Source of the DNA: Candidatus Aldehydirespiratoraceae bacterium
GTDB lineage: Bacteria; Actinomycetota; Acidimicrobiia; Acidimicrobiales; Aldehydirespiratoraceae
Direction: 5' to 3'
NCBI GenBank assembly: GCA_965204595.1
Contig: CBDBEW010000014.1
Span: forward strand, 656,107 to 720,106
Length of the DNA: 64,000 nucleotides
The notes under the pieces were generated by a model that was given only the letters and a program-made list of their open reading frames with translations, did no database searches and was not told the origin of the DNA. Position numbers and translations under genes: made by a program. Every line of letters starts with the position of its first letter. Within the stretch, counting starts at the first letter, position 1. This document shows, one piece after another, positions 37,390 to 48,533 of the stretch.

Positions 37390-38688
37390 CTAAGGGAGCA
37401 CAAACCGAGAGATATAAAAGGTGGTGGGCAGAACAAACAATAAGCTATCAAATCGGTCGAGAATGCCGCCATGTCCCGGCAACAAAGAACCCATATCTTT
37501 GATACCGAGATCACGTTTTAGTTGCGATTCAGCCAAATCGCCAAGAGGTGCCACAATCGCCGCGGCAATGCCGAGAATCATAATGTCACCTAGGCCACCA
37601 CCCACCGCGGTATCAGCAAGCGGCGCAGGTCTGCCCCAAAAACCCATCACAAAAGCTGCAACGATTGCCGACACCACACCACCAACTAAACCCTCAAGTG
37701 TCTTGTTGGGGCTAGCCGCTGAAAGCGGTGAACGACCCATTGAACGCCCCACAACAAACGCACCGGTATCATATGCAACAGTCACCACTATGGCTGCCGT
37801 TAGCAAGCCTGTGCCGTGTGTGGGCAGCGAAAGCATCAATGCCGCATAAGAACCCAACCAACCAATGTGCAGTATCCCCAGCAAGGTCGAACCGAGACCA
37901 CGAACCACCGAATCGCTTGGTGCGACCACCAAATACCAAACGCCCCCAAATGCAACCGACAAAACCAACACCAAACCTGCTGCCGTTTCGCCTCGCCAAT
38001 AAACCGCCAAAGGCATCGCCGCGACGCTAGTCAACCCAAGCAACACCGCAGGTTGAGCATTAGCTAACCGCACAGCATTGAAATACTCAGCCGCCGCTAC
38101 TGTTAGTGCCACCGTGGCGATCGCCACTGCGACCCACTCGCGATATGCCATAGCCGCCAAAATGAGTGCTGCTAACCCCAAACCCACAACCGTTGCGGTC
38201 AAGAGATTCCTATCCCCACCAGCGGATTGACCGTAGTGTGAGGTCATCGCTTGACCCTCTTGATGGTTCGATGGATCAACTTCATTATCGTTGTGGCCAA
38301 AAAACGCATCGGCTTCGGTGTCGGCTGGAATGTTTGACCCGCTAGGTGGGGCAACCCGCTGATCTGCGGCCCAAGCGGGTGCCACAGAGCCTGTATCCCA
38401 TGTTGGATAATCGTCTCCAATAACAACCTGAGAGCCTTGCGGTGAATGCGCTGGTGAGGCAGTTGGTGAACCTCCAGGTGATGTTGGGTTAAAAGTGATG
38501 CTCTCAGCAGGCGTGCCCACTTTAGGCACGGTGCCTGTTGAGGGAGCACTCCAATGTGGCACCGCGGCATCGTCATTTTCAAACGATAAATTGTCTTCTT
38601 CAAAAACCGACCTACCAGGTGCAACATCATCATCAACGGGATCGGTTCGCTTGATGTCTAACCGTGGTTTATCTTGTTCGTAGCTCAT
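37390..38688 (-). CDS. cdsA: Phosphatidate cytidylyltransferase with a long Pro-rich N-terminal extension.
   Basis: C-terminal signature [31 protein letters not shown], and multiple TM helices. Confidence 0.8.
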   Translation of the reverse strand: MSYEQDKPRLDIKRTDPVDDDVAPGRSVFEEDNLSFENDDAAVPHWSAPSTGTVPKVGTPAESITFNPTSPGGSPTASPAHSPQGSQVVIGDDYPTWDTGSVAPAWAADQRVAPPSGSNIPADTEADAFFGHNDNEVDPSNHQEGQAMTSHYGQSAGGDRNLLTATVVGLGLAALILAAMAYREWVAVAIATVALTVAAAEYFNAVRLANAQPAVLLGLTSVAAMPLAVYWRGETAAGLVLVLSVAFGGVWYLVVAPSDSVVRGLGSTLLGILHIGWLGSYAALMLSLPTHGTGLLTAAIVVTVAYDTGAFVVGRSMGRSPLSAASPNKTLEGLVGGVVSAIVAAFVMGFWGRPAPLADTAVGGGLGDIMILGIAAAIVAPLGDLAESQLKRDLGIKDMGSLLPGHGGILDRFDSLLFVLPTTFYISRFVLP

Positions 38689-38715
38689 GATACTCTTTTC
38701 GTTAAACGACTGAGG

Positions 38716-39282
38716 TCAAACCTCCATCAACTCCTGCTGTTTTTTTTCTTGTGCGTCATCAATCATAGCTAACTGTCTGTTTTTGAGTGCGTCAAGCCGG
38801 GATTGGGCACGAGCGATCTCATCAGCAGACACCCCCCCATCACTATCTAAGGCATCAAGTTGCTTCCGAATCGCCCGACGCACGGCATTTATTCGCTGTT
38901 TGCCATCTTCGCTCATAGCACCCACAAGCCGCGAAAGTTCACCCCTTCGTTCAGTGGTTAACGGTGGGAACACCAACCGAATGACCCTACCGTCATTGCT
39001 AGGTGCAAGACCGAGATTAGCGTTGACAATAGCCTTTTCAATAGTGTTAACGTTGGCTGCATCGTGGGGAGCCACGACTAGCATTCGTGCTTCGGGCACT
39101 GAAAAGCTAGCTAACTCTTGTAGTCTCATCTCCACACCGTAGGCTTCCACAGCGAGTTGATCAATTAGGCTTGAGGTTGCCCGTCCAGTTCGCACCTTTG
39201 AGTATTCACGGCGCATTTGACTTACCGCGCTGTTCATCTGTTCAGCCGCGTCTTCAAGCAGCAAGTCAATCAAGTCATTCAT
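38716..39282 (-). CDS. frr: Ribosome recycling factor.
   Basis: [20 protein letters not shown]...[10 protein letters not shown]...[26 protein letters not shown] 39282 is preferred over 39327. Confidence 0.9.
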   Translation of the reverse strand: MNDLIDLLLEDAAEQMNSAVSQMRREYSKVRTGRATSSLIDQLAVEAYGVEMRLQELASFSVPEARMLVVAPHDAANVNTIEKAIVNANLGLAPSNDGRVIRLVFPPLTTERRGELSRLVGAMSEDGKQRINAVRRAIRKQLDALDSDGGVSADEIARAQSRLDALKNRQLAMIDDAQEKKQQELMEV

Positions 39283-40057
39283 CTGTGTCCCCTTTAGAAG
39301 TGCCGCTATCAACGATGGTGCCCACACCTTTTCCTTCTAAAACAGAGCGCAAGTTGCCTTCACCCATCAAATCAAAAACCAGGATCGGAATGTTGTTATC
39401 CATGCACAAAGTAATCGCCGTTGCGTCCATCACCTTGAGCCCACGGTTAACAACATCTAAGTAAGTTATGTGATCTAGTTTGGTGGCTGAAGCATCAATT
39501 GTTGGATCACTGGTGTAAATTCCATCAATACCGCCATGTGTGCCTTTGAGCACAGCTTGAGCTTCAATTTCCACCGCCCGCAAACTAGCTGCCGTATCGG
39601 TAGTGAAACCTGGGTTGCCTGTGCCACTCGCCAAAATCACGATACGACCCTTCTCAAGATGACGAATAGCACGGCGCCTAATGTATGGTTCTGCAATTTG
39701 TGCCATATTCACAGCACTTTGTAGACGGGTATCTGCACCTAGTCGCTCTAAGGTGTCTTGTAGGGCAAGTCCGTTCATGACCGTTGACAGCATGCCCATG
39801 TAGTCGGCTTGTGCCAAGTCCATACCATCATCAACACCTTCAATACCTCGCCAAATATTGCCGCCACCCACGACTACTGCTATTTCAACGTCGAATTGGC
39901 GTTTTACGTGAACCAAATCTTGCGCGATGCGAGCCACGGTCTCAGCATCTATGCCATGTTCGAGAGACCCAGAAAATGCTTGCCCAGAGAGTTTCAAAAG
40001 AATCCTGTGGAATTTGGATTCTTGGGATCCACGCAAAGCTTGGGTGGTGTGGCTCAC
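39275..40057 (-). CDS. pyrH: UMP kinase.
   Basis: [11 protein letters not shown]...[10 protein letters not shown]...[33 protein letters not shown]. Confidence 0.9.
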   Translation of the reverse strand: MSHTTQALRGSQESKFHRILLKLSGQAFSGSLEHGIDAETVARIAQDLVHVKRQFDVEIAVVVGGGNIWRGIEGVDDGMDLAQADYMGMLSTVMNGLALQDTLERLGADTRLQSAVNMAQIAEPYIRRRAIRHLEKGRIVILASGTGNPGFTTDTAASLRAVEIEAQAVLKGTHGGIDGIYTSDPTIDASATKLDHITYLDVVNRGLKVMDATAITLCMDNNIPILVFDLMGEGNLRSVLEGKGVGTIVDSGTSKGDTDE

Positions 40058-40059
40058 GA

Positions 40060-40848
40060 CTAGCTTCCAACCACTACCTGCAGAAATCGAACAATGGAAC
40101 CGCCCTTGAGGCTGTCTTTCACAGTTGTTTTGTCGCCGTGCAAACCTTGCTCAAGCAATACTCGTTCTGCGTACCAAGCACGCATGCGACCATCAACGAT
40201 CTTTTCCCAAGCTGGGGGGGGTTTGCCTTCAGCTTTGGTGATCTCAAGAAGGGAGGCTCGTTCTTGATCAGCTTGGTCAACTGGCACCTCAGCGACCGAC
40301 AAAAAGGTTGGTTTAGCGAACGCAATATGTAGCGCGACCTGGTGCAGGACCTCTTTACTAATATTGGTTCCCTCAACCACAACCGCGTTCACGCCGCGAC
40401 CATCTTGGCGATGTAGGTAGGTATCGACTAGGTTACTTGCCCCTGCCTCTACACGTTTTACCGCGCCTAGCTCAATGTTTTCTTTTATCTTGACCCGTAA
40501 GTCTTCAATCGTTGCTGCATGTTGTTGGGCCGCGTCTAGCCCATTTACACACACATCGTTAGCGATCGTTTGAGCTAGATCGGTGACTTTGGAACTTTTC
40601 GCTGAGAAATCAGTCTCGGTTTTTATTTGCACTACTGCGGCAATGTTGCCGTTAGTGGCGACGGCGATTGTTCCTTCGTCGTTGTCTCGGTTGCCGCGCT
40701 CGGCTGCTTTTGCTAGCCCTTTCTCGCGGAGTAGCTGTGAGGCGGCGTGGTAATCTCCTCCACAGTCCACGAGAGCGCGTTTAGCGTCCATCATGCCTGC
40801 ACCAGTTGCGTCACGAAGTGACTTGACATCTTTAGCCGTGATTGACAT
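40060..40848 (-). CDS. tsf: Elongation factor Ts.
   Basis: [30 protein letters not shown] 40848 is preceded by GGAGAAATCAAA. The longer track ORF would overlap rpsB. Confidence 0.9.
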   Translation of the reverse strand: MSITAKDVKSLRDATGAGMMDAKRALVDCGGDYHAASQLLREKGLAKAAERGNRDNDEGTIAVATNGNIAAVVQIKTETDFSAKSSKVTDLAQTIANDVCVNGLDAAQQHAATIEDLRVKIKENIELGAVKRVEAGASNLVDTYLHRQDGRGVNAVVVEGTNISKEVLHQVALHIAFAKPTFLSVAEVPVDQADQERASLLEITKAEGKPPPAWEKIVDGRMRAWYAERVLLEQGLHGDKTTVKDSLKGGSIVRFLQVVVGS

Positions 40849-40867
40849 TTTGATTTCTCCGATGTTG

Positions 40868-41896
40868 CTATTGAGCAGCGTCAAGCGTCTCGTCAGGCAC
40901 GGTTGACGTTTGTATTTCGTCTGAAGTGTGAAGCGTTTCAGTTGGTGTTTCAGGCTCTGCGGCGATCTCGCTGCTGTGATCTGTTTGGTCAGCGTGGACT
41001 GATTCATCTGACGCGTCTGTGTGATCTGCGTGTTCTTCGTGGTTTGTAGATTCTAGGACCGCTGTGTCTGAGGTTTGTTGTGACGCTAGGCGAGCTTCAC
41101 GAACAATTGCTTCGCTCATTGCTTCATTGCGAGCTTGTTCTTGCTGTGCAGCCACTCTTGCTTCTTCAGCTTCGTCACGCTTAGGCGTTTCTTCAGCCAC
41201 GAGATGCTTTGATCGCATGTAGCGGCCTTCTTGAACCGCGTCAGAAATAACCCGACACATCAATTGTCCAGCCCGAATAGCGTCGTCATTGCCCGGAATG
41301 GCGTAATTGATCATGTCTGGATCACAGTTGGTGTCTACCACTGCCACAATCGGTACGCCAACTTTTTGCGCTTCAGTAACAGCAATATGTTCTTTTTTTG
41401 TGTCGAGAACAAAAATCGCATCAGGCAACTTCTCAAGGTCAGAGATGCCGACTAGGTTGCGCTCTAATTTAGTGAGTTCTCGAGATATTAAAAGTGCTTC
41501 TTTTTTCGGCATGGCTTCAAACTCACCTGATTTGCGCATTCGTTGATAATCCTTCATCTTGCTGACCCGCTTTGAGATGGTCTGAAAGTTGGTGAGCATT
41601 CCGCCAAGCCAACGCTCATTGATGTAAGGCATGTTGCAACGTTGTGCATAAGACTCAATGGGTTCTTGAGCTTGCTTTTTGGTTCCTATAAACAAGATAG
41701 TTCCACCATTTGCTACTAGGTCACGCACAAAGATATATGACTTTTCAAGATGCTCAAGTGTCTGATACAAATCAACTATGTGGATTCCCGAGCGTTCTCC
41801 ATAGATGAACCGCTTCATCTTGGGATTCCAACGACGAGTTTGATGCCCAAAGTGCAAACCCGCATCTAGCAACTGCTTCAGTGAAATTACTGCCAT
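40868..41896 (-). CDS. rpsB: 30S ribosomal protein S2 with an acidic C-terminal extension.
   Basis: LLDAGLHFGHQTRRWNPKMKRFIYGERSGIHIVDL...ILFIGTKKQAQ. Confidence 0.9.
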   Translation of the reverse strand: MAVISLKQLLDAGLHFGHQTRRWNPKMKRFIYGERSGIHIVDLYQTLEHLEKSYIFVRDLVANGGTILFIGTKKQAQEPIESYAQRCNMPYINERWLGGMLTNFQTISKRVSKMKDYQRMRKSGEFEAMPKKEALLISRELTKLERNLVGISDLEKLPDAIFVLDTKKEHIAVTEAQKVGVPIVAVVDTNCDPDMINYAIPGNDDAIRAGQLMCRVISDAVQEGRYMRSKHLVAEETPKRDEAEEARVAAQQEQARNEAMSEAIVREARLASQQTSDTAVLESTNHEEHADHTDASDESVHADQTDHSSEIAAEPETPTETLHTSDEIQTSTVPDETLDAAQ

Positions 41897-41914
41897 TTTT
41901 ATCCTTCTTCCCGG

Positions 41915-42604
41915 TTACAACCCACGTCTAACGCCGAAGCGACCGGGAATGACATAGGTAGATACATATTCGTCGACACCGATCTGATACCGTCCGAGGC
42001 TGGTATAGCCAGTCGCTAGTCTAACCCTGCTTCGCAAAAGAACATGCTTTTTTGTTAAGACCTGGGTAAAACTATTGAATTCTTGGCGATGCATTACTAG
42101 GCGCAAACGCTGGCTACGCACACCAAAAAGAGGTTGCGGGTCTAAATATTCGCCATGCAAGCGGACACCAAAATGAAACGGGCCACCAGCTAACGCAACT
42201 AAATCTCCAACCATCACAGCTTGGCCTTCACGCACGATAATATTTGCAACAAATCCATACGATGTCACCAAACCACTGCCGTGGCTTATCGACACGAAAA
42301 GTGAACCGGCTACCGGCCCCGCAAAAACGACTGTGCCACTTGCCGCAGCAAAAATTTTGTCGCTCAACTTAGTGTCGTATTCAATACCGCGATTCCCGGG
42401 CCCATATTGGCCATCTTCTAAGCGAAAAGGATCAAGCACTGGTGCTGACGTTGGTGGTGCCAAGATCACATCTTGAGCCACCGCTGTCGGTGCCACGAGC
42501 GTGACCACCAAAAAGGCTACCGTAAACTTTGCCAACAGGTGCCAATGCTTTTTCAGCAATGCGCGACTGCGTCGCAAATACCCAACCATGGGTTCTCCTT
42601 TCAA
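41915..42604 (-). CDS. M23-family (LytM-like) peptidase.
   Basis: NRGIEYDT...AAASGTVVFAGPVAG...VSISHGSGLVTSYGF...HFGVRLHGEYLDP. Confidence 0.8.
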   Translation of the reverse strand: MKGEPMVGYLRRSRALLKKHWHLLAKFTVAFLVVTLVAPTAVAQDVILAPPTSAPVLDPFRLEDGQYGPGNRGIEYDTKLSDKIFAAASGTVVFAGPVAGSLFVSISHGSGLVTSYGFVANIIVREGQAVMVGDLVALAGGPFHFGVRLHGEYLDPQPLFGVRSQRLRLVMHRQEFNSFTQVLTKKHVLLRSRVRLATGYTSLGRYQIGVDEYVSTYVIPGRFGVRRGL

Positions 42605-42646
42605 ATTTCTGAAAATGTTTTTGCTTATTTTGGGGAGGGCTTAGTC

Positions 42647-43615
42647 TTATGCTCGAGGGTGAGTTTTGCGGTGAACCTCGCGCAAACGTTCACGACTAAC
42701 CCGCGTGTAAATCTGAGTGGTAGTTAATTCAGCGTGACCTAAGAGTTCTTGCACGCTGCGTAAATCAGCACCACCATCTAGCAAATGAGTTGCAAATGTG
42801 TGACGCAAAGCATGTGGATGGGTAGGCGAAACGGCCCTGCGATCCAGTAAACGGCGGACATCTCTTGGGGTAAGTGCCTTACCACGTTGGTTTAAAAAAA
42901 TCTTATCATCAGGGCTAACTTCGCAAACCATCTTGGGACGACCATCTTTGAGCCACGCACTCAAAGCCGTCTTGGCGGGTTCAGAAACAGGTACCCGCCG
43001 TTGTTTAGAACCCTTGCCCCAAACCGTTATCACATCAGCAGAAATTAACAAGTCTTGGTAACGCAAACCACAAAGTTCGCTTACCCTCAAGCCACTGCCA
43101 TACAACAACTCAATCACCGCACGATCCCGCAATTCAATCTCTTGGTGATGCTTTGCAACCTCGGCTGATGTCGCCGAACCCTTAAATAAACCATCTAGTT
43201 CACTAGCTTTCAGAACCTTTGGTAATGCAGACTTACCGCGCGGCGCAGACAACGTCATAGCTGGATCTACCTTGAGGTGACCCTCTCGACACGCCCAGCG
43301 AAAGTAGCTACGCAACACAGAAGCCTTACGTGCGGTTGTTCGTGGCGCGTATTTCATGTGTAGCTCTGCCATGTAACTACGTAGATGCCGCCGGGTAACC
43401 AAATCAGGTGAGGATACAAATTGAGTTTGCAACCAATCTATAAACGCAACTATATCCCGGCTATAAACGGCTCTCGTTGAAGAGGCTTGACGGGTCAGCG
43501 AATCTAGCCAGCTTTGATGATGCCAAAGCTCCATGCCATCCACCATAGCAGTTGATGAACTCTGCCGACACAGGCGGGGTAGTAGCGAAGTGTTTTTCCT
43601 AAGCGCAGTTAACAT
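42647..43615 (-). CDS. xerC: Tyrosine recombinase XerC/XerD family.
   Basis: ELLYGSGLRVSELCGL, HALRHTFATHLLDGGADLRSVQELLGHAELTTTQIYT. Confidence 0.85.
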   Translation of the reverse strand: MLTALRKNTSLLPRLCRQSSSTAMVDGMELWHHQSWLDSLTRQASSTRAVYSRDIVAFIDWLQTQFVSSPDLVTRRHLRSYMAELHMKYAPRTTARKASVLRSYFRWACREGHLKVDPAMTLSAPRGKSALPKVLKASELDGLFKGSATSAEVAKHHQEIELRDRAVIELLYGSGLRVSELCGLRYQDLLISADVITVWGKGSKQRRVPVSEPAKTALSAWLKDGRPKMVCEVSPDDKIFLNQRGKALTPRDVRRLLDRRAVSPTHPHALRHTFATHLLDGGADLRSVQELLGHAELTTTQIYTRVSRERLREVHRKTHPRA

Positions 43616-44826
43616 TTGCGCCTCACCCTCGCTCCATCGTATTGAACCAAACCCGCTGAGATAAGTTCCTCTAGCAGAGCCGCAACCCGCACAACCGCAA
43701 AACCACTGCGCGTAACGATTTGATCGGTTGAAGTTGGTCCATCATCAATGGCCTCAAGCACACACGAAGCTTCCTTGCTAAGTTCCTTAGCCAACAAAGA
43801 ACTGTGGTTCTGCGACAAAGCAACCTTGTTGACCGGTTCAGCTACATTTCGGCGAGCATTTGCGGCAATCTCGCTCAAACCTAAAGCGACCAACACATCT
43901 TTCACATCGCGAACCGGAGCGCATCCATCCATAAGCAAGGCATTCGTGCCTTCGGCGGCGGGATTTCGCACAGAACCGGGCACAGCCATGACCTCAATAT
44001 CTCTGCGCTGTGCTTGTTCAACGGTTAGCAACGATCCCCCAACCGCTCGTGATTCGACCACCAAAAGTAAATCAACGAACGCGGCGATAAGGCGATTGCG
44101 CGCAGGGAAACGCCAAGGTTCTGGCTTGGCACCAAGCGGGGCTTCAGCCACCAAGGCTCCTCGTTCAACAATTTGATGCCACAGCGACATATTGCGCTGT
44201 GGGTAAACCACATCCACCCCACTACCCACCACCGCCAAAGGAGGCGCAGCATCAGCTGCTAAAGCTCCGCGGTGTGCTTCCCCATCAATACCCAAAGCTA
44301 GACCCGAAACCACCACTACACCCTTTTCGGCAAGCCCCGTGCCAAGTTCACGGGCAACCTCACGACCTATTGATGAAGCTCGGCGCGTACCAACAATCCC
44401 CACGTGCGGCAATTCGGGAGCAGGAATCGTACCTCGCCGAAACAAGATTGGTGCTGGGTCTATGTCGTGTTGAAGCTGGGGAGGGTGATCAGCATCACCG
44501 CAGGTGGTGACCTTCACATTACTTGCATCCAAACGAACCGCGATATCGCTCAAGTCGAACTTGTTAGCAGTCGCTCGCCATTCACAGAGAACCTCAGTAG
44601 GTGCCACATCACTAGCTAGTTCCCCCGACACAACCGCTGCAAAGGCCTCGCTCGGGGTTCTGTGTTTCAGCAATTTATGCAAACGACGAGCGGTGGCCCC
44701 ATTCAACGCAGCAAGAGCCGCAGCGTAAACATCTTCACGCGCCTTGCTATCAGGTTGTGGACATTCGATCTGTAGCGAACTTTCAGATTGAGCCGCACCT
44801 TGAACACCCAATAAACCTTCAGACAT
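43609..44826 (-). CDS. dprA: DNA-processing protein DprA.
   Basis: GIVGTRRASSIGREVA...VVVSGLALGIDGEAHRGAL...TLAVVGSGVDVVYP..N. Confidence 0.85.
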   Translation of the reverse strand: MSEGLLGVQGAAQSESSLQIECPQPDSKAREDVYAAALAALNGATARRLHKLLKHRTPSEAFAAVVSGELASDVAPTEVLCEWRATANKFDLSDIAVRLDASNVKVTTCGDADHPPQLQHDIDPAPILFRRGTIPAPELPHVGIVGTRRASSIGREVARELGTGLAEKGVVVVSGLALGIDGEAHRGALAADAAPPLAVVGSGVDVVYPQRNMSLWHQIVERGALVAEAPLGAKPEPWRFPARNRLIAAFVDLLLVVESRAVGGSLLTVEQAQRRDIEVMAVPGSVRNPAAEGTNALLMDGCAPVRDVKDVLVALGLSEIAANARRNVAEPVNKVALSQNHSSLLAKELSKEASCVLEAIDDGPTSTDQIVTRSGFAVVRVAALLEELISAGLVQYDGARVRRKC

Positions 44827-46327
44827 CGTATCCCCCCATTGGCGGGCGAACTCGCAACCCTATAGCCGCATACACGTCTTGGGCGCGCAGCACTGGGCCT
44901 GCGTCATCTAAATCTCTAATGGTGCGGGCAACAGCACGCACCCGCATCGCACCACGGGCACTTAAGCGACCAACTGTCAAAGCCTCGTGCAAAACTTCAG
45001 TAGCTTTCGCATCTAGAGGTGCTGCAACCTCCAACTGCTCACGACTTAGCGCAGCATTGGTTGCCGCACCACGCGCTTTAGCCAACTCACGCACACCTGC
45101 CACCCGCTCTGCGACCACACTAGATGGCTCACCGGGCTCACGATCTAACAAAGCTGTAGGCGAGGGACGATCCACCTGCACCATCACATCGAGACGATCA
45201 AGCACTGGCCCCGAAATCCTGCGCGAATAGCGTAAGCGAGCTGTGGGGCCACAACGGCAACCAACCGTGCCGCCCTCCCCACAAGGACAAGGGTTCATTG
45301 CCGCAACCAACAAAACATTCGCTGGATGTTCACGCATACCACCACTACGCGCCACACGAACAACTCCTTCCTCAAGTGGTTGCCGTAACCCATCAAGAAC
45401 GCTAGGTGCAAACTCGCCTAGCTCATCCAAGAAAAGCACCCCTTCAGTGGCCACACTAATCTCACCCGGCACGACCCGCCCTGAGCCACCACCTATCAAC
45501 GCTGCCATAGACGCGGAATGATGAGGCGCACGAAACGGCGGGCGTCTTATCAAACCAGAGCCGGGCAACCGAATGGCAGCAGCACTATGGACTCGCGTCA
45601 CTAAACGCGCCGCTTCAGGTGATAAATCGGGCAACAAACCTGGTAAACGCCGCGCCAACATTGTCTTGCCACCCCCAGGAGGACCAATAAGCAACAAATG
45701 ATGTCCGCCAGCTGCCGCTACCTCAAGACCGAGACGTGCGCTTTCTTGCCCTCGCACATCAGCTAGATCTGGATCATCTTGAGGGTCATCCACAAACTGC
45801 GGTGGATCGATATTTGGCCACGGCAAACCCTCGGCAAGTGCATCAACAATGTCTCTCAAGCGTTTCACCGCTCGAACTCGACTAGTTGCGCCAAGTGCTG
45901 CCACTCCCGCATCTGCGGCAGCCACGATCACCCTCTTGGTGTCTAACACATCCACCATCGGCAAAATACCCGGGACGGGTCGCAAGGAACCGTCAAGACC
46001 AAGTTCCCCCACAGCGGAAATATCATCAAGGGCTTGTAGGGGAATCTGCTCTGATGCAGCCAAAATGCCCAAACCGATGGGCACATCAAGACCTGCTCCT
46101 ACTTTACGGACGCAAGTTGGGGCTAAATTGACGGTGATGCGTTGCATCGGCCAAGTAAGGTCGCTGGACTCAATCGCCGCCCGCACACGATCTCGCGCCT
46201 CACGGCAGGAAGCATCAGGCAGACCCACAATCGTGAAAGCGGGTAAGCCATTGGTAACATGAACCTCCACATCAACAACCGCTCCATCGATTCCATCAAG
46301 TGTGGATGAACGAACAGTAGCAAGCAT
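44819..46327 (-). CDS. comM: YifB/ComM-family Mg-chelatase-like AAA+ ATPase.
   Basis: VEVHVTNGLPAFTIVGLPD, LLLIGPPGGGKTMLARRLPGLLP, GVLFLDELGEF, CPCG...C.C. Confidence 0.9.
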   Translation of the reverse strand: MLATVRSSTLDGIDGAVVDVEVHVTNGLPAFTIVGLPDASCREARDRVRAAIESSDLTWPMQRITVNLAPTCVRKVGAGLDVPIGLGILAASEQIPLQALDDISAVGELGLDGSLRPVPGILPMVDVLDTKRVIVAAADAGVAALGATSRVRAVKRLRDIVDALAEGLPWPNIDPPQFVDDPQDDPDLADVRGQESARLGLEVAAAGGHHLLLIGPPGGGKTMLARRLPGLLPDLSPEAARLVTRVHSAAAIRLPGSGLIRRPPFRAPHHSASMAALIGGGSGRVVPGEISVATEGVLFLDELGEFAPSVLDGLRQPLEEGVVRVARSGGMREHPANVLLVAAMNPCPCGEGGTVGCRCGPTARLRYSRRISGPVLDRLDVMVQVDRPSPTALLDREPGEPSSVVAERVAGVRELAKARGAATNAALSREQLEVAAPLDAKATEVLHEALTVGRLSARGAMRVRAVARTIRDLDDAGPVLRAQDVYAAIGLRVRPPMGGYDV

Positions 46328-46418
46328 AATAACAACCTTTCAGGTAGGTAAAATAAAAAGGCTGTCTTCCGCAAACAGCGAGCGTTTAAGAAATGCTAAG
46401 CCAAGTGTGTGACACCGC

Positions 46419-46784
46419 CTAATTCAACACTTCTCTGGTGTAGCGAGTTACCGCCTCAACCTCAGTTTGAGACAGTATCTGCGCGAATGATGGCATGCTA
46501 CCAGCACCATTTACGATAATCGCAACCTGCTCAGCAATATTTTCATAGTTTTTTATTAACTCGCCATCGTTTATTTGTGGCCCTATACCTCCACCACCAC
46601 CGCGACCGTGACACGACGCACAATGGCGCCCGTAAATATCTCTGCCTTCCAACAAGACCTGATCAACTTGCCCGTTTGGTCCTGCAGGCACCTGCGGAGG
46701 TTCACCCGAACAAGACCCAACTAGCAAGCAAAGAACAAACGACTTAATTAACAACAAACGCAAGCTGACTCCAGTTAATATCAA
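46419..46784 (-). CDS. Small class I c-type cytochrome, lipoprotein-type signal.
   Basis: CASCHG heme-binding motif, distal Met (GAGSMPSF), and signal ending LLVGSC. Confidence 0.75.
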   Translation of the reverse strand: MILTGVSLRLLLIKSFVLCLLVGSCSGEPPQVPAGPNGQVDQVLLEGRDIYGRHCASCHGRGGGGGIGPQINDGELIKNYENIAEQVAIIVNGAGSMPSFAQILSQTEVEAVTRYTREVLN

Positions 46785-46826
46785 ACATCAGCAAAGGCTG
46801 ACACATCAAGCAGTTAAGGACATGCT

Positions 46827-46937
46827 ATGGGCTTAGACCCCACCCGACCACACCGCCGAAGTTGGCATGATTATCTGTATGTGGGTGCCGGACTGCTAGT
46901 TGTTGTTCTACTTGTGCTCTGGGCACTGTTTTCGTAA
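46827..46937 (+). CDS. Possible 36-aa single-TM micro-protein.
   Basis: MGLDPTRPHRRSWHDYLYVGAGLLVVVLLVLWALFS. It is below the 60-aa track cut-off, and the only evidence is the ORF plus a TM-like segment. Confidence 0.25.
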   Translation: MGLDPTRPHRRSWHDYLYVGAGLLVVVLLVLWALFS

Positions 46938-46944
46938 GCCGTCC

Positions 46945-47286
46945 CTAAAATGCTGCAGGAATGACAGTAACGTTACCTTCCACCACAGAAGCGACATCAA
47001 ACCTTACTGCGCCACGGCTACTATGGCAATCAAGCCAAGAAGCAGCCGTGCGACGCAATATCTGCTGCTTGCGGTAACCAACCGCCTCCAACGCACTACC
47101 AAACCGGGCATTGCTTCGTGTTTTAACCTCACAAAACACTATTTCATGGCCACGGGTGAGCACCAGATCAAGTTCACCGCCTTTGATCTTCCAATTGCGA
47201 TCAACAACTTTATAACCATACTGTTGGTAATGATCTGCCACACGTTGCTCACCCCAACGCCCTAAAGCCACCCGAGATTTATCCAT
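46945..47286 (-). CDS. yraN: YraN-family (UPF0102) endonuclease-like protein.
   Basis: LGRWGEQRVADHYQQYGYKVVDRNWKIKGGELDLV...VFCEVKTR. Confidence 0.8.
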   Translation of the reverse strand: MDKSRVALGRWGEQRVADHYQQYGYKVVDRNWKIKGGELDLVLTRGHEIVFCEVKTRSNARFGSALEAVGYRKQQILRRTAASWLDCHSSRGAVRFDVASVVEGNVTVIPAAF

Positions 47287-47355
47287 CCCCGCATCTTATT
47301 CCAAGCCTGTGACACTGCTGCTACCACAACCCTTTTGTGACAACATCTAGAAGAA

Positions 47356-47703
47356 CTAATTGTAACGTTTCTCTTTGACCTTGGCCGCTTTTCCAATCCG
47401 CTCGCGCAGGTAATATAGTTTGGCACGACGCACATCGCCACGGCTCACCCGTTCTATTCGTTCCACTATCGGCGTATAGAGAGGAAAGGTGCGCTCTACG
47501 CCAACACCAAAACTTAATTTTCTAACGGTGTAGGTTTCACGAATACCACTACCTTGTCGGCGAATCACCACTCCTTCAAAGATCTGTGTGCGAGTGCGGT
47601 TACCTTCCAACACACGAACATGAACACGCAAAGTGTCACCTGGGGCAAACTCGCAAATATCAGGGTTCTCAATCAAATTGTCAACAACATCTGTGGGCTG
47701 CAT
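47356..47703 (-). CDS. rplS: 50S ribosomal protein L19.
   Basis: [45 protein letters not shown] 47703 is preceded by AAGGAG. Confidence 0.9.
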   Translation of the reverse strand: MQPTDVVDNLIENPDICEFAPGDTLRVHVRVLEGNRTRTQIFEGVVIRRQGSGIRETYTVRKLSFGVGVERTFPLYTPIVERIERVSRGDVRRAKLYYLRERIGKAAKVKEKRYN

Positions 47704-47792
47704 CGCATACTCCTTGGCGGTAAGAGTTAAAGGGCGGGCCCATAGAGCCGGACCAACAATTAAGGCTAGAGGATGCTTCGTAAACAACCACC

Positions 47793-48533
47793 CTAGCTAT
47801 GGTCAATTAATTCAAAATCTTTGAGCAGTTTCTTGTCGTTGCTGCTTAACCCACCCAGCTTTTCAATAAGATCTGGCCGTCTTTCAAGGGTGCGTTGCAA
47901 AGCTTGAGCGCGCCGCCAACGTTTGACATTACCGTGGTCGCCAGAACACAACACCTCAGGCACCTGCCAACCCCGAAAATCCGCTGGACGTGTGTAATGA
48001 GGGTACTCCAACAGGCCTTCGGCAAACGACTCTTCAGCAGTGCTATCAGAATTACCCATTACATTAGGCAATAAACGGCTCACTGTTTCCACCACCAACA
48101 AAGCCGCTACTTCACCACCGGCTAACACCACATCACCAACTGATAGTTCTCCATCCACTAAGTACTTGCGAACACGCTCATCAACCCCTTCATAGCGGCC
48201 ACACAATAACGAAAATCCTTCGCTCGCGGCTAAGCACTGCGCCATCTCCTGATTAAAACGTCTACCAGTTGGAGACAAATACAAAAGAGGCCTCGGTGGT
48301 TCAACAGCTTCCACAGCATCAAAGATCGGTGGTGCCGCCATTACCATGCCGGCACCACCCCCAAATGGAGCATCGTCAACAGATTTGTGGACACCCCTGC
48401 CATGCGCGCGTATGTTGTGTATGAGTAGATCAAGATGACCTGCACGCCGAGCTCGACCAATCAAAGACTCATTGGTGAAGTCATCTATGCATTGCGGAAA
48501 GATGGTGAAAACATCAATGCGCAAAACGCTCAC
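47793..48533 (-). CDS. trmD: tRNA (guanine37-N1)-methyltransferase.
   Basis: IDVFTIFP...[13 protein letters not shown]...[13 protein letters not shown]...[17 protein letters not shown]. Confidence 0.9.
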   Translation of the reverse strand: MSVLRIDVFTIFPQCIDDFTNESLIGRARRAGHLDLLIHNIRAHGRGVHKSVDDAPFGGGAGMVMAAPPIFDAVEAVEPPRPLLYLSPTGRRFNQEMAQCLAASEGFSLLCGRYEGVDERVRKYLVDGELSVGDVVLAGGEVAALLVVETVSRLLPNVMGNSDSTAEESFAEGLLEYPHYTRPADFRGWQVPEVLCSGDHGNVKRWRRAQALQRTLERRPDLIEKLGGLSSNDKKLLKDFELIDHS

